Of a DNA stretch of 64,000 bases, positions 53,395-64,000 are shown piece by piece; position 1 is the stretch's first letter, and each line of letters opens with the position of its first letter. Under the pieces are notes generated by a model. It was not told where the DNA came from and did not search any database. It was given only the letters and a program-made list of their open reading frames with translations. The DNA is from the human T2T-CHM13v2.0 reference genome, Homo sapiens. A program made the translations under genes and the position numbers. The stretch lies in assembly GCF_009914755.1 (NCBI RefSeq), contig NC_060934.1. One strand, written 5' to 3'.

Positions 53395-54432
53395 AATACT
53401 GGCCAACTGGCCTTGGCATGTGAAATTATTTTTAAAATGCTCTTTTCCATACCTAATTAGGCACTAAGTCCTGGTAGTAGCACATATTATCTTTGTAATA
53501 ACACTTTTTTAAAAGGTACCTGGTTACCTGGAGTTAATGAGTGATAAAACCCTCTCAGGCTCTAAATATGACAACCCCACATGTACACATAACCCGGGCA
53601 TACAGTGAACTACACAGAAAACTCTGTTAAGTGAAGGGAGTCTGTTTCTAGACAAAGAGCATTTTGGGAGGGAAATCAGAACAAATCCCTGCATTCCTGG
53701 ATGCTCAGGGCTTGTACTTCAGATCCCAAGCACTTAAACTTCATGACTTGCAAATTAAAAATAAACCAACATGTACTGAAACCTGCCGGTCTGAGGAGAA
53801 AGTGCAAAGTTCTTTCATTTCAGCAAAGAAAAACAACAACAATGATAAGGAGACTCTGGGGCCACAGCCTCCTTCTGGAAAAGCCAGCTATAGAGTCACA
53901 CTGCACTGTACTTGAGGAGTCAGCCAGAAAGAACCCACTCCTGGAATGCAAGAAGCTTGAACAGATGAGAGAACACCCAGGCAGGCACTTAATTAAAGAA
54001 TGAATCAACAGCAATAGTGAATTCTCAAAGACACCCATATGATACTCCTCCTGGGACACAGACCACTTAGCTGCAGTGGAAACTCCATCCAGATTATATG
54101 ATGTTAATTTAATAGAAAACCAAGTGAGTATATAACACAGTGAAATGTCAGCTACTGAAAGACTATTCTTCTAGAAAGGCTTTCAAACCCTGAAAGTAGG
54201 CCAAAAGAATTTTTTTCTCCAGCAAGAATCTTTTGTGGCCAAAAAGAGAGCCTTAGAGCAAGGAGCATCGTAGCCAAACATTTGAAGAGAACCTGGAACA
54301 CAATGGGTCAGTTTGCCTCCAGGTAGAATGGTTTGACTGACCATGTCAGTAAGAAAGTCTAGCTTTTCTGTACCCTAAAGAATTAATGGGATGGAAGAAA
54401 GAGGGAGAGGAAGATGTGGGAGAGATATACAA

Positions 54433-54433
<1 letters not shown>

Positions 54434-54478
<45 letters not shown>
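54434..54478. repeat. (CA)n microsatellite
   Basis: Directly visible. Confidence 0.95.
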
Positions 54479-54483
<5 letters not shown>

Positions 54484-54489
54484 GATAGT

Positions 54490-55129
<640 letters not shown>

Positions 55130-55130
<1 letters not shown>

Positions 55131-55568
55131 CTTTGGACTTCTGAGTTGATGCTGGAACGAGTTAAGAGTTTTGGGGCAACTGGAATGGAATGAATGTATT
55201 TTGCATGTGAGAAGGACACAAATTTTGGAGGCTAGGAGCAGAGTGCCATGATTTGAATGTGTGCCCCAAAATTTCATGTGTTGGAAACTTAATCCCTCCA
55301 TCCTCATGAATGGATTAATGTTGCTATCGTGAGAGTGGGTTTGTTATCACAGGAGTAGCTTTGTTGTAATAGCAAGACCTCTCTGGCTCTCCTGCTCTTG
55401 CCCTTTTGCCATGTGAATACTTTCCACAATGTTATGATGCACAAGATGCCAGCACCATGCTCTTGGACTTCCCAGCCTCCAGAATTGTGAGCTAAATAAA
55501 CTTATTTTCTTTACAAATTACCCAGTCCATGGTGTTCTGTTATGGCAACAGAAAACGGACTAAGACAC
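55130..55568 (+). mobile_element. MST-type MaLR internal end plus LTR
   Basis: tttggacttctgagttgatgctggaa...gactt cccagcctccagaattgtgagctaaataaac...aacggactaagaca. Confidence 0.75.
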
Positions 55569-55591
55569 ACACACAGACACACACACACACA

Positions 55592-55622
<31 letters not shown>
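55565..55622. repeat. (CA)n microsatellite, interrupted
   Basis: Directly visible. Confidence 0.93.
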
Positions 55623-55624
<2 letters not shown>

Positions 55625-57750
55625 ATAGCAGTGTAAAATTAGAGGGCTAATGAGTGATGGCTGGCATTGGCAATGAAGAAGGGGCTGCGGATAAATAGTT
55701 TAGGAGAAGCTGCAAACAAGTTCTGTGGTTTTCTTATGCAGACAAATGCCTCAGTACAGTACCCCTGGCAAGCACAAAGACCCTCTGCCATGCAGGAGTG
55801 AGTCTATGGGATGCATTTGTGGTGCTGTGCAGTGAGTCGCACGCGGTAGCCCACCTGAACACAGTCCCACCTGCATTCTCAAAGCAGTGTCTTTTTCCTC
55901 CACAGCACTGTCACAGTTTGTGGTTATATATTCAGTTATGTGGTGTTTTTGTTTAATATTCAGCTCTCTCACTAGAATGTAAGCTTTGAAAGGCAAGTTT
56001 CATGCCAGCTTGTTTACTGACTCATCATCACCTGGCACAGCGTGATTTAAACACATGAGAGGTTTGAAAAATATTTTTTGAATGAATGAATGAACGAACT
56101 AATAAAGGAAAAACAAATGAACACATGAATATGAAGGCATTTGGGCTTTGTGAAGGAATCTGGGCATTTCTCAAGCCGAGAAAAGAGAAAGGCAATTTAG
56201 GCAGAAGGAAGAGTCAAATGCAAGGGAACATGAAAGAAAAGGCAGCTTGTAGTGACCAATGGAGTTACTGCCACCCTGAGATGTCTCACACTCGGGGACA
56301 CCTAACAGATGTCTCAGTACCACCTATCAGGTGGGTGAGGTCTTTACACTGGAATACTGACACACTATTCCACCCACAAAGTCGAGAATTACATCTTATT
56401 TTCTGGTAGCTCAAATTCAAGAAATCGCTGAACACCTATTGTGTACAGCACTGGGATAGGCACTGTGGATGATACAAAGCTGTAAGACATGCTTCCTATC
56501 GAGGCCAGGAGAGGGTAACCAGAGAAGCACGTATATAACTAGAGCCCAAGGGGATGTGTGTGCAGTGTCCCAAGGTAAGCGTGACCTGCAAGCTGTGCAG
56601 GTTCAGAGGGGAGCAAGGTTGCTGCTGTCGATGGGGATTTTATCTTTAAATGTTAAAACATTCAATCCAGTGTGCTTTCACTAAGTCCCTATGTCCCCAA
56701 CATAGTTCTTGTATTTATGGAGGAGCAAAAAGCAACAGGAAGTCAAGAGGTACACTGAGCTCATCTCCCTGCTCCCCAGTGGGTTCTGTCCTTGCAGGTA
56801 AGAACTCATGCTGTGCACCCAGGCCCACGGGCCTTGAAGCATCTCTTGGCTCTACTCGCCAGAATCTTGCCAAAAGGGATGGCAGGAGGATGACAGAGCC
56901 TCAGCAGTCACAGGGAGGGAGGCTCCTGAGAGAAAAGGATGCAGATAGGAGAGACAGTATGTTTCATAAGCAAACCAGTAATGTAGTCATTTTGCATACA
57001 AATTGTCCTTCAGTTGGTTTCAGACCTACAGGGCTGGGCTGTGAGGTCCTTTACAGTCCCCAAGTGTGCCCCCAGCTCAGATGGAACCCAGCTTGCAGAG
57101 AGGGGCTGTAATCAGAGAGCTCAGGTAAAGAAAACACTGCTGGAAATGATCTGTTACAAAGATGCCAGTTACCAGGGAGGTTGCTAAGGGAAGCTGGCAA
57201 GTTAGCTAGAGCTAAGTCAGCTCTCCACTACATAAACACTTGAGCTACAGAACCATGAGGTAGGGATCAGGGGTTCAGAAGAAAAGTTCAATGTAGGGGT
57301 AACATGAAGCAGAACAGTCCTCTGGGATTGATTAGTGAGTCTGCAGTTTCTAACGGCAAGATGATAATGCCTTTCTCTTTTCGCTCCTTTCGCTTTATGG
57401 AAGAAAAATGAGGCTCTCGGGTATTGAAGCAAAGCTACAACCCACAAAGCAGATTACCCTGGAAACAGACTGGACAAGGGCCTCCCAGAACTGCCCCCCA
57501 AGGCCATTCTACCCAGAGCCTCAGAGAAGTGACCAGTCACTGGGCAAGCTTTCAACACAAAATTAATTACCTAGGTCCAGGGACCACCAGGACTACCATA
57601 TCATTCTCCAAGGTAAGGGCAGGGGACAAAGAACTAAGTGAGAAAAAGATGAGGAGATAGTGAAAACACCCACGGACATTTGCCTTGAGTTTTATTTAAT
57701 GTTTGCATAAGCTTGTCCTTAATAAAGACATTTTATCTCTTACATAATAA

Positions 57751-58087
<337 letters not shown>

Positions 58088-58209
58088 GATCTGTGGGGCC
58101 TTGATCAAAAAATTCTTAAGAGAATTGGGAGCAAAGCTGAAGGTTTGATAACAAGACACGTAGTTACCACCTGGTGGCAGCATATCTAAACTAAAGACTT
58201 GTGAGTGTG

Positions 58210-58211
<2 letters not shown>

Positions 58212-58258
<47 letters not shown>

Positions 58259-58271
58259 TGCATGTATACAC
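58212..58271. repeat. (TG)n plus alternating purine-pyrimidine extension
   Basis: (gt)n followed by cgcgcatgtgcatgtatacac. Confidence 0.92.
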
Positions 58272-59270
58272 CCACGCAAGCAAGTTCAGGGGAAGAAGAG
58301 ATTGGAGCAGAATTGTACAATCTCAGGGTCAGAACCCAACACCTCTCTCCAGCCCCATTTCAATTAACACTGGGAGCTTCCCCTATAAGCTTCCAACTCA
58401 GGTGGTTGCCTTGGATTCTCTTTGGAGAAGCAACCTCATTACCACCCCTTTCCCAAACTCAAGTCAGAAAGATTTGTCCCAACAACAGTTAGGTGATCTC
58501 CAAAGCAGTGATCTGAAAGTGGCCTAAAGCCTGCCACCCTAAAGCCTGTTTGTCCTGTGAGCGAATCAGTGAGTGAGCAAGTGAGTGAATGAACACAGCC
58601 TAATTTCCTTAATATGGTTATTTTCAGCCTCCAGGGTTACCACAGTCAATGGTGGGGCACTGATAAACGTGGCAATCTAGACATTTAGAAATAGCTCCTG
58701 TGTAAGTGTCCCTCTCAGGGCTGACAAATGCAGACCCTAGAAGGGCAGGCCAGGAGAGCCCTACATTCCAGTGGGACAGCAGACAGATTTGCCTCCTGGG
58801 AATTCGAAGACACAGATTCCTGATCCAGTCCTCCCTTGATGGGACTTAAGTAAGTTACTAAATCTTGGAGCCTTAGTTTTCTTTCCTGTGAAATGGAGAT
58901 CATCCTATTCACTAAACCCTGGGATGGTCAGATGAGATCACGGGGATACAGGCAGTCCATGGACTTTTAAAGGGCTGCCAGATGTTCCAAGTTATTATTC
59001 TGCTGGGCGGTGCTGCAAATACGCATTTTAGATTTAGCAGTTTGTCCTTTATCCTACTTCTTTATGAATTAAGCTGCCTTGTCACCTACAGAGCCACTGT
59101 TAGTAAAATAAATTATTCCTCCCCAGGTCCAAGTTGCTGCTGCTTCTGAGCCAGGAGGTAAGCGATCATTCTCAAGGTTAAACTTGACGCCACAGAGACA
59201 GAAACACAAACCAAACCATGTCTAGAGTTAGAAAATTCAGAGTTCACATAACTGGGGAAATGAAAAATGT

Positions 59271-59672
59271 GGGCCGGGCATGGTGCCTCACGCCTGTAAT
59301 CCCGGCACTTTGGGAGGCCAAAGCAGACGGATTGCTTGAGCTCACAAGTTCAAGACCAGCCTGGGTAACATCACAAAATCCCATCTATATGAAAAATACA
59401 AAAAATTAACTGGGCATGATGGTTCACACCTGTAGTCCCAGTAACTCGGGAGGCTTAGGTAGGAGGATGGCTTGAGCTGGGGAGGCAGTGGTTACAGGGA
59501 GCTGAGATTGTGCCACTGCACTCCAGCCTGAGCAATAGAGCCAGACGTTGTCTCAAAAAAAAAAAAAAAAACAGAAAGAAAGAAAGAAAAAAAGAAAAAG
59601 AAAGAAAGAAAGAAAGAAAGGTAGAAAGAAAGAAAAAAAGGAAGGAAAAGAAAAGAAAAAGAAAAGAAAGAA
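59271..59672 (+). mobile_element. AluJ-type with long (GAAA)n tail
   Basis: Full Alu; TSD aaaatgtgg. Confidence 0.9.
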
Positions 59673-61228
59673 AAATGTGGTGGGTTTCCTTTTCCCATGC
59701 AAAAAGCAGCCAAATTTGACAGGCTGCCTCCCCGCTGGTAGCCTCCTTCCAGCTACACGGCATCCAGAAGCCCCCTGGCCCGGGTGACTTCACAAGTTGC
59801 CAGTTGGCTACAAACCAGGCTAGCTCCAGAGCACACTGCTGCCTTGGGAAGCCCTGGTAAACCTCACTGATCCTGCTGTGAGGGGCCCAGCAGACCAGGA
59901 ATAATGGAAGAGACACCTGTGGCATTCCCTGCAGGTTTCCAGTGCTGTGGTGGGAGCATGGCATGTGTTAGAACATCCAGGGGGACAGCAAGTGTAAGGC
60001 TCTGTCAACACTAAACTGCCAATAAAGTAGGGCATTCTTTAATTGTCCAGTAGTTTCATAGCAAAGACACAGGGCAGAAAGGATGATGCAGTCTCCAGAT
60101 TCAAGTGGGTACTGGTGGTTCTCCAAGTGTTCTTTTGTGAGTGAGTCCCTATTCCACAATGGAAAGGACTGGGTCCTACCCACTTCCCCGCCTGTATCTC
60201 CAACACCCAGAAGACATCAGTAACCGAAATGTACTAGATGCTCCAGACATGCTTATTAGGTATATGGATAGGATGATGGGCAAGGCTAGGGGGCGCCAGA
60301 GGCTGCTTTGTTATCCAATATCTGGAGCTGCAGATAGGGGAAGAAAGGCTATAGAGGCTAGATGGTTTTTCCAAAAGGAACCACGACTAAAATGCATGGT
60401 GTTGGATAACAATTTCTGCAGAATATGGTCCTAATGACAGAGAAATCTGGATTCAAATCTGGGCTCTATCACTGATTGGCTGTGACACTTTGGGAATGTT
60501 CAGCCCCTCTGTGCCTCTGTTTCCCCATTTGTAAAGTGCAGGTAAGAAAAGCATCTTAGTGGGGTAGCTTTCGGACTTCAGGTCCGAAATCAAGGGTGTG
60601 GATGGTAGCGATGGTGCTTTCTCTCCCCACATCCATGCCAAGGCACAGCTCATTCTGGAAGAGCTTCCACCAGCACTTCTAAGCCTCCCAGTTAGGTGAC
60701 GGAGAGGAGCTTTTATTGCTCTTTCCCCTAAAGGAGCACCCAATCTGAATGGCAAACACCTAACAACCTCTGGACCACATCTTGCAGGTTCTGGGGTCAG
60801 TGTCAAAGGCCTGCTGGCATCAGAGACTGCCTCTGGCCCTCTGACCAACCTATGCCTTCTCTCCAAGGCATCCTGTTGGTGCCTGCTCTTCCATGAGTTC
60901 ATGGATGGGAAAGTCAGGCCTGCCTCCCTGTGGGCCCAGGGCCCTACTGTCTTCTTTTCAGGCTGAAGGCTTGTAACACTCAATATAGCCCATTCCAGAA
61001 ATTCCCCCATCCATAATGCTGATACCTTGGTTGATACTTCTCTTCCTTGAATCTATTAATGAAAACCAGAGGGAAGGAGGGCTAAGTCTCCGGTGGTGCC
61101 TCCGCATGCTTAGCATTTGATAGCGAATGATGGTAACACATGAATAAGCCTCTTAGAGGGCCTGCTGTGTGGGTCTCCTGCTTCAACTCCAGTACGTGCG
61201 TGGAGATCAGATCCACTGTTACCCAGAT

Positions 61229-62329
61229 CAGCGGTTCTCAAGGGTGGTGGCACTGCCCCCTGGGGGCATTTGGAAAATCTATGAGGGTATTTTGGGTGGT
61301 CACCAAGGAGATGGCATTTAGGAAAAGGGGGAAGGACCCTAGACATCCTGCTATGTGTGGGACAGCCCTGCCCAATGAAGAGATGTTTCATGTCCCTCGT
61401 GACTTTCAAATATTTCCCTAGACATACATATAAGTTTTAAAAAGTACGTATGATACATATTTATACCTATGTGTATATTTCTACATATCTGTGTATATGT
61501 ACAAGTATGTCTGTATTTTTAAATTTAATGTCAGCAGATATAAGCAAAAATATAGACAAATATACCTCATTTTATTACTAATTATTACCAATGCCATATT
61601 GGCTGGGAGTCACAAGTCACAGAACTTCTCTCAACTCAGTTAAAGATTCCTATTTTGTTTTGAGTTTAGGTGTTGGAGGGGAACTTCTACTGCTCATTCA
61701 CTTTTGTCAAAAGGCATTACTTTTGCATTGGAAAAAACAAGATAATAAAAAGTGGGCAAAGTTTGTTAGACAGTTTATAAGAAAAATCATGATCCTGAAG
61801 AATGATATTTTGAAAATAAGCTTACTATATATTAATGCAATAAAATCAAATTACCCCTCGCCCCCCAAAAAATCTGCTTATTATTTTCTGAGCCTAGAAC
61901 CTAAACTGTTTCACATATAAACACATCTTATTTTTGCAAACACTTAATTTTTTAGAAATTCAATTTCTATGAAAATGGAAAGGAAATCATAAAGAGTTGT
62001 TCACCATCTAGGAAAATCCAGGTGCCAATGCCAACATTATTCCCATCATTTGAGCCACCAAGACTGCAAACGTGTCAGTCAACGTTTGAAGCCGTTGACC
62101 GTGATTCTGAGTGTGTCTGCATCTGACTCTTTTGTCATGACTTCTGGTGCAGGCATGTTTGAGTATGTCCTCTTCTTTAATTTCTCTTTCCTATTTCAAT
62201 TAGGGCAGTATATTTGATTTCTGAGAATTTTATATGTAGGTAGGTTATATAATACATAAACCTCATGTCAGAGTAGGAAAATGTTTGTTATAAAAAGGAC
62301 CCCTGGAGACTGAGGGCTGAGAGCCACTG
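61229..62329. mobile_element. Charlie/MER20B-like hAT element with both TIRs
   Basis: cagcggttctcaa at left end and ctgagagccactg at right end; MER20-like 5' portion. Confidence 0.5.
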
Positions 62330-62604
62330 ATTTGGCCTCTCAGATCACGAGGCAATGAGTTCATCAATTCTGACTTCCAGATATTTGCTTAAACTCTCCC
62401 AGCAGTCATAACAGAGGAAGTTTGGAGAAGAATTCTGCTTGTCACAGCACATGACTCCAGCCCTAGCTTTGTGTAAAACAGGACCTTCATCTCTCTGGGG
62501 TGAAGTGAGGGTACATAGGGACTGCCCCGCGCCATCTTCATCCGGAATGAAAAAAGCTGTTTCTCAGCAGAAAGGTGGAAGCAGAACTGGGTTGTGCTAC
62601 TTAC

Positions 62605-62794
62605 AGAGGTCTTCAGTGGCAGCTGGGACAAAGGCAGCCATGGACTCATAGAGATCCTCGTCACAGCCGGGGTTGAGCGAGCATTTCATAAGCAGGTCTG
62701 TGGAAAGGTGGGCCATGGACTCGTACACAGCATCAGCCTCCTCCCCGTGCATCAGTTCCTCTTTAATGTGACTCTTGAGCATGTCCACCGTTTC
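62605..62794 (-). CDS. PIK3AP1: PIK3AP1 (BCAP) exon ~8, ETVDMLKSH...ATEDL, two YESM motifs
   Basis: Acceptor TTTCAG|GAA at 62794; donor CTCT|GTAAGT at 62605; 190 nt, phase 0 to 1; translation matches BCAP. Confidence 0.95.
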
Positions 62795-63109
62795 CTGAAA
62801 GAGAAGATGAGGCCCACGGCGCCCTGAGGCAGCCTGACTTTCCGGGTGGAACTTGGCCCCCGAAGGCACTTGTGGCCAGCAAAGTAAAGGCTCCCATGAG
62901 TCAGGATTACAACTGGTTGTGTGTATTTGTATTTTCCCACCTGACTGAACGCTCCTTGAGGCCAGGCTTCCCACCTTTTTTAGTTTATTTCACGTTTTTG
63001 TTTTAATCTTCGTATCTTCCTACAACACTAAGCACAGAGTTAGGCACTCAGGAAATACTCGTTAAATGTCCACTGACCAGAGGATACAAATTAAAAATTA
63101 CTTTCCCAT

Positions 63110-63404
<295 letters not shown>

Positions 63405-64000
63405 TACTTTCCCGTGAGCACCTTTTAAATGTCAGGTACAATGCTAGGTATTTGCCTATACCCTATCTCCTGTAATCCATTCCACTACTGCTTGAGAAAG
63501 GTATAATATTCTCTAGTTTACAGATGAGAAAAACAAAGCTCACAAAAATCTAGTATCTTACTCAAGGGCTTGCAATCCTGATTTCTGATACTTCTTCTAC
63601 ACCCTAGTGGTTCCTCCAAAGGGAAAAAAATGACACAAGAAGGTGTGACCTTTACTGACTAGCCACGCAGAAATTCAAATGAGCTGAACAGGAATGCAGC
63701 TAAGGTGTTCTCGCCCTGTGTGTAGTCAGAGGTCACTCCGCAGCTTGGCACACTAGCCCCTGTTCCTTCAGCAGTCTCCTCCAAACTGTCAGGAACCCTG
63801 ACAGTTTCCAGGGGTTCCAGCCTCGATTTTATGTCCTATGTGCCCAAAAGGAGAGATGATCTTGGATAAAGTGTCCTGACATCAGAAAGGTTCTCCCCTG
63901 CCTCCCACTGCCATCCTGCCTCCATGTGATTGTGAAGCCAGAGAGGTGACTTCCCTGAAACCTCTGCACAACTTTTCCTGGTAAGAAACTTTGGTGTTTC

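Overview
Human/primate genomic DNA (chr10q24 neighbourhood, recognised from the protein sequences). Both genes are on the minus strand, head-to-tail. (1) The 3' half of PIK3AP1 (BCAP): ten coding exons from 62794 down to the stop at 12733, whose splice phases chain into one open frame, including one GC-AG intron, plus a probable ~2.2 kb 3'UTR. (2) The CpG-island promoter and first coding exon of TM9SF3 (3888-3989). PIK3AP1 introns hold an RPS2 processed pseudogene, a 5S rRNA pseudogene and a probable alternative first coding exon (50006-50177). The rest is about 25 Alus plus MIR/L2/L1, LTR and DNA-transposon relics and microsatellites. Top hunt items: an AUG-initiated poly-glycine uORF across the GGC-rich TM9SF3 5' leader; a frame-preserving 150-nt cryptic exon inside the RPS2 retrocopy; the alternative BCAP N-terminus that rebuilds a YxxM motif at the splice junction; and a compact UPRE/GASE/AP-1/ETS promoter module. 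No prokaryote-type system, CRISPR array or intact mobile ORF is present. Exon numbers and repeat subfamily names are from memory, and repeat boundaries are approximate.
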